Shown here piece by piece: positions 56,168 through 64,000 of a stretch of 64,000 nucleotides of DNA. Within the stretch, counting starts at the first letter, position 1. Every line of letters begins with the position of its first letter. The DNA is from a virus. The stretch lies in IMG/VR virus record IMGVR_UViG_3300009593_002680; one strand, written 5' to 3'. The notes under the pieces were generated by a model. The model was not told the origin of the DNA. It ran no database searches and was given only the letters and a program-made list of their open reading frames with translations. The position numbers and the translations under genes are program-made.

Positions 56168-56659
56168 ATGTTAGATAAACATAATAGATACATTAGTGAT
56201 GAGAATACAGGCATAGATATGCTATACAAAGGTATTGATTTGTCTAAAGCAGAATTCGGCAACACCAGTGATTTATTGAAGTTTCAACAATTAGCAGAAG
56301 ATTTGGACGTAAATTTACTAAAAATCTTAGGTGAAGATGACTATGACCGTATAAATACATATAACATTCCAGAACACTATAAAAGTTTAGATGTTAAAGA
56401 GTATGTTAGGAAGTTAGTATCCGAAGGTGATTCCGACCAGACAGGAAGGGTAGAAATGGAACTAACTGAATTTGAAACCAGGAATTTATTTCCAGTGTTG
56501 AGAATACTAATATATATTATTGAGACAATGCGTAAACATAGTTTAGTTTGGGGTGTAGGAAGAGGTAGTAGTGTAGCAAGTTATGTTTTATACTTACTTG
56601 GTGTACACAAAGTAGATAGTTTAAAACATAATTTAGACATAAAAGAATTCTTAAAGTAG
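56168..56659 (+). CDS. Split DNA polymerase III alpha (DnaE) fragment
   Basis: RVEMEL.EF...VWGVGRGSSVASYVLYLLG...D.LK..L...FL; ends before the PDxDxD motif. Confidence 0.85.
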   Translation: MLDKHNRYISDENTGIDMLYKGIDLSKAEFGNTSDLLKFQQLAEDLDVNLLKILGEDDYDRINTYNIPEHYKSLDVKEYVRKLVSEGDSDQTGRVEMELTEFETRNLFPVLRILIYIIETMRKHSLVWGVGRGSSVASYVLYLLGVHKVDSLKHNLDIKEFLK

Positions 56660-56668
56660 AGGAATAGA

Positions 56669-57103
56669 ATGACAGATAAGAAATCAAACAGAGGCATTAT
56701 TGTTGATATGGAGGCATTAATTGCCGCACAAGGTGACCAACCTGCTGTAGGCAACATGAATGTCAATGCAAATGGAGACGTTATAGGGCCAGGTGGCGAA
56801 GTTATCCAAAAAGCAGAAGATAGAGTTAGAGCCTACTATGAAGAAAATCCATTAAGTAGTACCGCTAAGGCTACCTTAAAAGGTCCAATGCCTGACCAAC
56901 CAATCCAAGACGAAACTGACGCAAGTCCAGAACTTAAGACTGCTGAAGCACAAAAAACTGAACAAGACCAAAGTGTTATGAATGCAGTTGAAACTCCAGC
57001 AGAAGAAAGAAAAGTTGTAAGTTATAAAGAAGTAGAATTACCAAACGGTGATATTGAAATGGTACCAGTTTACGAGGACGATTGGAACGATGACGACTCT
57101 TAG
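56669..57103 (+). CDS. Hypothetical protein
   Basis: 144 aa with a GAGG RBS; AVGNMNVNANGD.IGPGG motif. Confidence 0.7.
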   Translation: MTDKKSNRGIIVDMEALIAAQGDQPAVGNMNVNANGDVIGPGGEVIQKAEDRVRAYYEENPLSSTAKATLKGPMPDQPIQDETDASPELKTAEAQKTEQDQSVMNAVETPAEERKVVSYKEVELPNGDIEMVPVYEDDWNDDDS

Positions 57104-57449
57104 AGCATACAAAGACAACATATTATGCATTGAAGGTGATTTTGGAGACAAAACTACTGAGGCAGGCATAATTATAAAATCCACAATAGGTTCAGACGAA
57201 GGTATTGCACCACGTTGGTTCAAAGCATTTGAAGTTGGGCCAGATATTGATTGGGTTAAACCAGGTCAATGGCTATATGTAGAATATGGCAGATGGACTG
57301 AAGGTTTTACTGTAAAAGATGATAGACTAGAAGCAGACCAGAAGATTTGGAAAGTAGATCCAGATGCATGTATGCTTATATCAGATGATGAACCAGAAAA
57401 CCAAATTAACATTGGTAACATATCCTCAATGAGACCAGACGATATTTAA
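57090..57449 (+). CDS. GroES-like co-chaperonin
   Basis: LRAYKDNIL...KTTEAGIII...VGP..VKPG. Start moved to 57090. Confidence 0.75.
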   Translation: MTTLRAYKDNILCIEGDFGDKTTEAGIIIKSTIGSDEGIAPRWFKAFEVGPDIDWVKPGQWLYVEYGRWTEGFTVKDDRLEADQKIWKVDPDACMLISDDEPENQINIGNISSMRPDDI

Positions 57450-57450
57450 T

Positions 57451-57624
57451 ATGAAATTTCCAGAACCAAATAACAGAACAGGATTATCCACAATAGGACT
57501 AGCAGGTTGCGTAGTTCTTGCAGGAGTTATATTTACTGACTTATCAGCATGGTGGATACTTGCTAGTATATTCTTACTTCTTATGGGAGTTGGATTAGAA
57601 AGCGGTAGGTCTAATAACGATTAG
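57451..57624 (+). CDS. 57-aa 2-TM membrane protein
   Basis: Hydrophobic ORF below the track cutoff; its stop abuts the converging gene. Confidence 0.6.
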   Translation: MKFPEPNNRTGLSTIGLAGCVVLAGVIFTDLSAWWILASIFLLLMGVGLESGRSNND

Positions 57625-58688
57625 GCGTAAGTCAACGTAACAACGGCAGTACCAGTCGAACTACTGTCAGCATCAAAATAAACTAACACACTTGTATCAG
57701 TAGCATTACTGTAAGTGTAATTTGGTGTAGTTTCATAAGTATAAACATCTTTTAGATCCAAGTCTGCGTTTGTCATTAACCTATCAGTATCACCAGCATC
57801 ACCAACTGTAAGTGTTGGAGCACTACCGTCAAATGCAGTTGTAACATCTACAGTAATAGTTTGTACTTTCTTACCAGTACTAATATTACCAATTACAACA
57901 CTAGCACCTGTTGTGTGTACGACAGTTGTTGTAAGTGTTCCAGCATCTGTTGTGGCACTATCGGCTGTACCAATAAGTGTTAAATGTCCTGCGTTGGCTG
58001 GGTCAGCCTGATTAGCAATATACATTCTGTATTCACCGTCTCCACCATCATCGACTTTAATAAAGTCTCCGGTTTCAATATCTGTTGCGGCATATAAGGC
58101 TGTAAGATTTGCGTATGTTCTGTAAACCATGCTACTACCAGTTGAAGTAACACCTGTGTTACCAACATAAACTGCACCAGCAACATAAATTACATTACCA
58201 CTAGTTGTACCTATTGCAGTTGGTAAGTTACTACCAATAAAGTTTAGTATTCCTGATTGATAATCAAAGTACCATTCGTCATTACTACCTGATCCTGTTT
58301 CAAATAATTGTGTACCATTTGTTTGAGGATTGTTTGTACTTGTTGGAGCGGCATATACTTTTAATTGATATGTGGAACCAAATGTAGGTGGTATCCAATT
58401 TGTTACACCTGTACTCCAAGTTCTTTGGTCAGAAGATGCACCATCCTCTGTTGTTTCTTTAGCACCACTAACACTATCTAAATACACGTTAGCAATACTT
58501 GAATTTGCCGCTGGAATAGTTCCTGGAATACTTCCTGACTGATTCCAAATGTCTGCGTCTTTAATTATAAAGTTACTTGCATTTGGTTCGTTAGGTGCTT
58601 TTTTGTTTGCATTAGTATCTGTTTTTGTTTTACCAAAACCAATCTTCTTCCAAAGTAAATCAATTTTTTGACTATCTGATATTGCCAT
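57621..58688 (-). CDS. Virion structural protein (tail/baseplate-associated)
   Basis: T/S/G/N-rich; C-terminal domain shared with 6086..6670. Confidence 0.75.
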   Translation of the reverse strand: MAISDSQKIDLLWKKIGFGKTKTDTNANKKAPNEPNASNFIIKDADIWNQSGSIPGTIPAANSSIANVYLDSVSGAKETTEDGASSDQRTWSTGVTNWIPPTFGSTYQLKVYAAPTSTNNPQTNGTQLFETGSGSNDEWYFDYQSGILNFIGSNLPTAIGTTSGNVIYVAGAVYVGNTGVTSTGSSMVYRTYANLTALYAATDIETGDFIKVDDGGDGEYRMYIANQADPANAGHLTLIGTADSATTDAGTLTTTVVHTTGASVVIGNISTGKKVQTITVDVTTAFDGSAPTLTVGDAGDTDRLMTNADLDLKDVYTYETTPNYTYSNATDTSVLVYFDADSSSTGTAVVTLTYA

Positions 58689-61315
58689 TATTCAATACTC
58701 AATGCTGTTAGAGAGTCACCACTCTCAAGTTTAATTCTTACAAGTATATTATTACCTGTACTATTTGTTGCGTTTTGGTCACCTAATGTTAATGTAAATG
58801 TATCATTACTATAAGTTGTTCCGTCTATAATTCTATCACCTGATGTAAATGCAACACCATTTGAACCATTACCACCATTACCTGTATCAGCACCTGGAGT
58901 ACCTGATCCACCATATGTAATACCTGCATCTACCCAACCATTCAATGTACTTGCATCGTCAATGTCTGTACCTGGAGCGGCTATAAAGAAGCCACTTACT
59001 TTACCTGTTAATCTTACAGTAAAGTTTGCCATTGTTGCTCTTCTAAATGCAAAAGTAAAGTATTGTGCTCCACTTCTGCCTGAGTTTAAATCTGGACCAG
59101 TTGGTAAGTATGCTGTTCCACTTAAATCTGTTGTGAAGTGAGTTATCTCTCCCCAACGTGTTACTGCTTCTTGTGTACCTGCTATTGTTTGTGAACCTGT
59201 CCATACATTTGCTGTATAGTTATTCACACCTGAACCATATGCAGGAGTATCTGAAGCGGCACTAAATCCTGTAATTCTTTTACCATCGTCATCATGTGTA
59301 GCACCTAAACTATCACTTACTGCTATTGCTTCTTCATCAATACCTGTGCTACCGTTGAATGCTTGAACATATTTTCCTGTAAATTCTTGATAACTTCCAT
59401 TACCATTTACACTAAATGTTCTTGCTTTAATTTGTTCTATACCAATTCCACCACCATTAACATTAATAGTTAAGTCACCAATTGCGTATGCGGCACCACT
59501 GTTAGCACCTGTGTTTGCTTTAGGTGTGCCACTGTCTAAGAATGTTGTACTACCATCTAATTGTGCGTATGTAAAGTATTGAGTACTTACTGTACTACCA
59601 GTTGTACTTTCTTGATTAGTTCCGTTTGTTACTGTGAATGGAGTTGATGTTTGTGCATAACATTGTCCTATCCAATCATATATTGTTGCACCTGCTAATG
59701 TTAATGTAGCATCATTTGTATAATAAGGAACACCTGAAATGTATTTTAATGTTCCAGCACTTGCCTGAGTAAGTGTTGCTCCAGATAAAACAGTTGTTGG
59801 TGCTGACACAACATCATCTTTTACAAAACTTAATACATTAGTATTACCTGCTGTACTATGACTTAATTTGTATGAGTGAGAACCAACAGCCAAACTTGCT
59901 GTAGACTTACTTACTTTTGCTTTAAAACCTTGATATAGTCCTGGACTATATATTGAACTAGCAAATGATGTACTTGCACCTGCTGTACTTAAAAATTGGT
60001 AATCACTTTCTCCTGTTATTACTAGACTTGTACTTGTTCCACTATCATCAGCATTACTTAATGCTATAGCACCATCTGCCGATCCATCTACTATTGCTGT
60101 TAATGTTCCTGCATCACCATTGTATGCAAAACTAGTTAATGTAGTAGATTCTGTATCTGATCCAGCACTTGCATTTGTAATTCTTGTTACACTTGATCCA
60201 ACTGCAACACTATCTTCTGTACTATTGTCAGTATAACCATGTGCAAGTCTTGGACTACTACCTGAACTACTTTCTCCAAATGTAATTGTTTTACTACTTA
60301 ATCCACTTGGTGCGGCAATACTGCCATTGTAAACTTTTAAACTATCTGTTGTTGTACTGCCAACCTCACCTGGGTCTGCTGTACTATGAGCAGTCTGTTG
60401 CATTGTAATAGTTCTTACACCACTACCACTATCTGCTGTATAAGTATGACTTGCTCTTGCTTGTCCAACATCACCTGTACCACCTGAAGTTACTGAAGTA
60501 TTTGAACTACCATCTCCCCAGTTAATTTGATATGTACAAGTTGCGGAACTTGAATTTGTTGTTGTATTTTTTAAATAAATTGTTTCACCAGCATTAATTT
60601 CTCTACTATTACCTGTTAAAGCACTACCACCTGAACTAGCAACATATAATTCAAAGTCTGCTACAGGAGTTGCTGTATATAAAGTGATAAAGTTTGATTT
60701 TGTAATACTTGCAGTTGATCCTTCTCCAGAACCACTGTTATTAAATGCTGTAATAACTACATCATATGGTGAATTTGTATTATCAGTGTATGTATGACTT
60801 GGGGTACTATCAGTTGTTGCTGTAGTTGTATCTCCATCTCCCCAATCAATAGTATATCTATCTGCATTACCAACTACTGTTGTTGTTAATGTAACTGCTA
60901 AAGGGTTACCACCTGAACTTGCACTAGTTGAGGCATCTACACTTTTAACGTATGTATTATTTCTTATGTTCTCAGTAGTTTCATTTAATCTATCTATTGC
61001 TTCTGCTACAGTAGTTGAACTTGTTAAACTTGTTGTACTACCTGGACTACTAAAACTACCATCACCACCAGATCCTAGTGTAATATTGTAAGCATTTGTT
61101 GATATATTGGCAACTTCGGCATCTAATTGTGCCTTATTTACTGCGTCTGAATCTATTACGGCATTTGCAATTCTCATATTGCCTAACGTAGTGCCGTCTG
61201 CCGCGGTTACTTGCATAGCCGCCGTTGTAGCATTTGCTACTAATCTTGGGCCTCTTTTTCCAAATTGTATGTCAGTTGATACACCTTTTTGACCGTATCG
61301 ATATTCGTTTGCCAC
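58688..61315 (-). CDS. Large PKD-domain virion protein
   Basis: Two WGDG PKD motifs (YTIDWGDG, YQINWGDG), QFGKRG N-domain, TAAATA promoter and AGGAG RBS. Confidence 0.8.
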   Translation of the reverse strand: MANEYRYGQKGVSTDIQFGKRGPRLVANATTAAMQVTAADGTTLGNMRIANAVIDSDAVNKAQLDAEVANISTNAYNITLGSGGDGSFSSPGSTTSLTSSTTVAEAIDRLNETTENIRNNTYVKSVDASTSASSGGNPLAVTLTTTVVGNADRYTIDWGDGDTTTATTDSTPSHTYTDNTNSPYDVVITAFNNSGSGEGSTASITKSNFITLYTATPVADFELYVASSGGSALTGNSREINAGETIYLKNTTTNSSSATCTYQINWGDGSSNTSVTSGGTGDVGQARASHTYTADSGSGVRTITMQQTAHSTADPGEVGSTTTDSLKVYNGSIAAPSGLSSKTITFGESSSGSSPRLAHGYTDNSTEDSVAVGSSVTRITNASAGSDTESTTLTSFAYNGDAGTLTAIVDGSADGAIALSNADDSGTSTSLVITGESDYQFLSTAGASTSFASSIYSPGLYQGFKAKVSKSTASLAVGSHSYKLSHSTAGNTNVLSFVKDDVVSAPTTVLSGATLTQASAGTLKYISGVPYYTNDATLTLAGATIYDWIGQCYAQTSTPFTVTNGTNQESTTGSTVSTQYFTYAQLDGSTTFLDSGTPKANTGANSGAAYAIGDLTINVNGGGIGIEQIKARTFSVNGNGSYQEFTGKYVQAFNGSTGIDEEAIAVSDSLGATHDDDGKRITGFSAASDTPAYGSGVNNYTANVWTGSQTIAGTQEAVTRWGEITHFTTDLSGTAYLPTGPDLNSGRSGAQYFTFAFRRATMANFTVRLTGKVSGFFIAAPGTDIDDASTLNGWVDAGITYGGSGTPGADTGNGGNGSNGVAFTSGDRIIDGTTYSNDTFTLTLGDQNATNSTGNNILVRIKLESGDSLTALSIE

Positions 61316-61363
61316 TCATTACTCCTGAAGGATTTATATAAACATTATTTATCAAAATATAAC

Positions 61364-61392
61364 TTGACTTTAGTTCTAGAGAAGTGTATAAT
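61364..61392 (+). promoter_or_regulatory. sigma70 promoter
   Basis: TTGACT-N17-TATAAT, divergent from a TAAATA promoter. Confidence 0.75.
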
Positions 61393-61419
61393 TAGAACAT
61401 ACAAAAAATGGAGGCTTAA

Positions 61420-61650
61420 ATGAGCAAAGAATTTAATACATCAGCAACTTTCAAAAAAGGAGCAAGAGTAGTGTCAGATTATAAAAATGATATGATTTTT
61501 GAACAACCAAGGGACGGACTAGTACAACAAGAGTTCGTTACATTTGAACATGTGGATGCAGGTATGAAACGTACTACAATCACTAGGAAGTTTACCAAGA
61601 ATGGTAGTTATGACGATGTTGAAGCGATAACTATTTTACCTAGGAACTAA
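61420..61650 (+). CDS. Hypothetical protein
   Basis: 76 aa with a GGAGG RBS. Confidence 0.7.
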   Translation: MSKEFNTSATFKKGARVVSDYKNDMIFEQPRDGLVQQEFVTFEHVDAGMKRTTITRKFTKNGSYDDVEAITILPRN

Positions 61651-61657
61651 AAAAAAT

Positions 61658-62581
61658 ATGAAAGATTTGTGGGTAGAGAAATATCGTCCTAGTAGCATAG
61701 ATACTTATGTATTCAGAGACGATAATCAACGTAAGCAAGTAACTGGTTGGAAAGTAGATGGGGCATTACCACATCTATTGTTCAGCGGTGCCCCTGGCAC
61801 AGGAAAGACAACACTTGCAAAAGTGCTATTGCAGGAGTTAGATGTAGACAGTATGGATATACTAGAAATAAATGCATCTAACGAAAATAGTGTAGACACT
61901 ATTAGAAGTAAAATTACTAACTTTAGTAGCACAATGCCTTTTGGTGATATGAAATATGTATTGCTAGATGAGGCAGACTATATTACTCCTAACGGACAGG
62001 CGGCTTTACGTGGTGTTATGGAAACATATCACACAAGTTGCAGATTTATTTTAACTTGTAACTACCCACAAAGAATCATACCAGCATTACATAGTAGATG
62101 TCAAGGATTCCATATTGAAAAATTAGACATCAAAGAGTTTACGGCTCGTATTGCAACAATTTGTATAGAAGAAGGTGTTGAAGTAGATTTAGAAACACTA
62201 GACACTTATGTTCAAGCAACATATCCTGATTTGCGTAAAGCAATTAATTTAACACAACAGAATGTAGTTGATAATGTATTACAGAAACCACAGGACGGAG
62301 ATGGTAACACATCAGATTGGATGCTCACAGCAATAGAGTTATTTAAAGCAGGTAAATATAAAGAAGCAAGAACAATGATAGTGAGCCAGGCAAGACCTGA
62401 AGAGTATGAAGAAGTGTACAAGTTTATGTACAGAAATATTAATCTGTGGGGAGACACAGATTTAAAACAAGACCAAGCAATAGTTATTATCAGAAATGGT
62501 ATTGCTAAAAGTGTAGCAGTAGCAGATCCAGAAATTAATTTAGCGGCTACATTGGTTGAGTTAGAAATGAACAGTTTATAG
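61658..62581 (+). CDS. Sliding clamp loader AAA+ subunit (RFC/gp44-like)
   Basis: LWVEKYRP, GAPGTGKT, INAS, LLDEAD, ILTCN and HSRC motifs. Confidence 0.93.
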   Translation: MKDLWVEKYRPSSIDTYVFRDDNQRKQVTGWKVDGALPHLLFSGAPGTGKTTLAKVLLQELDVDSMDILEINASNENSVDTIRSKITNFSSTMPFGDMKYVLLDEADYITPNGQAALRGVMETYHTSCRFILTCNYPQRIIPALHSRCQGFHIEKLDIKEFTARIATICIEEGVEVDLETLDTYVQATYPDLRKAINLTQQNVVDNVLQKPQDGDGNTSDWMLTAIELFKAGKYKEARTMIVSQARPEEYEEVYKFMYRNINLWGDTDLKQDQAIVIIRNGIAKSVAVADPEINLAATLVELEMNSL

Positions 62582-62590
62582 GAGAATGGC

Positions 62591-62854
62591 ATGAATACTG
62601 TAATAAATCGTATTAAAGATTGGTGGCACGGCTTATGGGTCGAGCATTACGAAGTAACAGTATGGTTCGAGGACCAAGTAGTAACAAACTTGGAAGACAA
62701 CACTCAAACTACAACAAGAAGTAAAAAGGTATTTAATTTAAAAAGTATATCAAAGAAAACACAAACACATTTTATTGGTGTTGATTTAGATGGTCATCCA
62801 ATGGAAATCAAAACTACAAAACCTTTCGACTTCCATATTGTTAAGAAGTGGTAA
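62591..62854 (+). CDS. Hypothetical protein
   Basis: 87 aa with an AGGAG RBS. Confidence 0.7.
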   Translation: MNTVINRIKDWWHGLWVEHYEVTVWFEDQVVTNLEDNTQTTTRSKKVFNLKSISKKTQTHFIGVDLDGHPMEIKTTKPFDFHIVKKW

Positions 62855-63451
62855 ATGCACCTAATAGAGGAAAAGGAACTTAATCACGATTTGGCTGAAG
62901 ACCACTTTATGGTCTTAATGAATTATGCGGCATTAAGTGAATCTCAAATTTTATTAAACGAATTCATGCAAACTAAATCAAGTACACTTGATAAAATTAG
63001 AAGCATGACTGATGTTATAATACATTCACATGATGTATATGACTTACACCCTAGAGGCAAAGAACACAAACAAGACCTAATAGAACAATTAGAATATAGA
63101 GAAGTAGAAGATGTTATGTTCCATAGCACTACTCCTTTAGAAGTTAATCAACCCAGTATAGAAGAAAACGGCCCATACGATTTAGTGTATGTAAATTTAC
63201 CTTGGCGTTTAGAACAAAGTCCTAATACAGTAGAAATGGTTATATCAGAAACAATTAAGTTATGGTATTGGGCATTACAACCAGGTGGTGTAATGATTAT
63301 ACCTGATTATAATAAAGCAAACATTAGACGTAGCACAGATGCTTGGGTAAAAGCAAAAGGTTGTAAAACAGAAAAATACTATAATACAAATTGGGATAGG
63401 GAAGATTTAGAAGAAGACTTTTTTATGATTGCCCTACAGAAGGATGGCTAG
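62855..63451 (+). CDS. Degenerate methyltransferase-like protein
   Basis: YDLVYVN...LQPGGVMIIPDY C-terminal motifs. Confidence 0.5.
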   Translation: MHLIEEKELNHDLAEDHFMVLMNYAALSESQILLNEFMQTKSSTLDKIRSMTDVIIHSHDVYDLHPRGKEHKQDLIEQLEYREVEDVMFHSTTPLEVNQPSIEENGPYDLVYVNLPWRLEQSPNTVEMVISETIKLWYWALQPGGVMIIPDYNKANIRRSTDAWVKAKGCKTEKYYNTNWDREDLEEDFFMIALQKDG

Positions 63452-64000
63452 ATTTACAGAACAAGATGTTGACATTATTATTGAAAAAGATTCGTTCAAC
63501 ATATTCCTTAAAGACTTAAAAACAGAACTTAACATATCTAAAGTCTTTATTATTGCAACAAGCAGTTTAGACCAAGACAAAATTAATCACGTAGTAGATA
63601 ATGCAAGATTTGATAATGTTGTATTTTACTTGAATAGTTTTACAGATCCTACAGAAGAAAGTGTTAAAGAAGCCACTAGAGCATTTAGAAATAGTCAAGC
63701 AGATACTATTATTGCAATAGGTGGTGGTAGTGTTATTGACCTAGCAAAAGCAATAGTGTATGAAAACCTTACTACTAGACCAAGTCTTATATTAGTACCT
63801 ACAACTTATGCTGGAACAGAACTTACAAAAGGTTTTATGATTGTAAGACCAGACCACACAAAGAAAAGTGTATATGATAAAGGAGTTCAACCAGATGTTA
63901 TTATAGTAGACCCTACATTAGCACTTACACTACCAGAAAAAATAAGTAAGGTCGTGGCACTTGATGCCTTAACTCATTGCTTAGAAGGTGCCGTAAGCAG
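63444..64000 (+). CDS. Iron-containing alcohol dehydrogenase family, truncated by the window edge
   Basis: Not in the track. DTIIAIGGGSVIDLAKA, VPTTYAGTE, P..IIVDP.L and DALTHCLEG motifs. Confidence 0.88.
   Translation, partial: MARFTEQDVDIIIEKDSFNIFLKDLKTELNISKVFIIATSSLDQDKINHVVDNARFDNVVFYLNSFTDPTEESVKEATRAFRNSQADTIIAIGGGSVIDLAKAIVYENLTTRPSLILVPTTYAGTELTKGFMIVRPDHTKKSVYDKGVQPDVIIVDPTLALTLPEKISKVVALDALTHCLEGAVS

Noticed and set aside
57484-57492. Perfect DnaA box TTATCCACA
   Set aside because: It lies inside a small ORF, is isolated, and is consistent with chance occurrence.
11-63129. Numerous opposite-strand or alternate-frame ORFs in the track (e.g. 11..301, 2104..2346, 3118..3927, 4430..4879, 14088..14453, 14105..14995, 52280..52621, 52319..52552, 62212..62592)
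   Set aside because: These are shadows of real genes. They are Ser/Phe/Leu-rich mirror compositions lying fully inside well-supported CDSs, with no RBS or promoter.
1-64000. tRNA, tmRNA, rRNA or RNase P genes
   Set aside because: I saw no T-loop GTTCRA cloverleaf or other signature in the intergenic regions by eye. tRNAscan/ARAGORN would be decisive.
1-64000. Alternative genetic code or selenocysteine read-through
   Set aside because: Recognisable enzymes are full length in code 11, TAA, TAG and TGA all end genes at coupled junctions, and no in-frame TGA appears at a catalytic Cys position.
1-64000. Integrase, transposase, reverse transcriptase or diversity-generating retroelement
   Set aside because: No such motifs (e.g. 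YxDD, DDE, tyrosine recombinase) and no long TR/VR-like repeat pair were seen.

Overview
This is an AT-rich, densely coding segment of a large lytic tailed phage (jumbo-phage-like). It uses the standard genetic code. The host is probably a proteobacterium, inferred from the FdxA, TorF-like porin, ClpS and GuaC types; this was not tested. Phage evidence: T4-type lysozyme, DenV, clamp loader, GroES-like protein, a split DnaE fragment, virion-like proteins, many near-consensus sigma70 promoters (TTGACA-N16-18-TATAAT) and T4-like late promoters (TAAATA). The window carries a large host-takeover set: sufBCDS+sufT and a distant sufE, clpX/clpP/clpS/hsp20, ribosomal proteins bS21 and bL33, ferredoxin, ferritin-like, peroxiredoxin, FabF, NadE, GuaC, QueD, and porin and PiT-like transporter genes. 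The signals not explained by the ORF track are: (1) a candidate programmed -1 frameshift (A AAA AAG plus hairpin) extending a lipoprotein at 50345-50727; (2) a GGA-rich, internally repeated structured RNA at ~25825-26200; (3) about 14 promoters placed so that transcripts start at the ATG (leaderless mRNAs); (4) an 11-bp-period TAACAT triplet upstream of a porin/transporter pair; (5) further structured intergenic leaders. All family calls come from motif recognition by eye, with no database searches. Where I moved a start codon from the ORF track, the evidence field says so.
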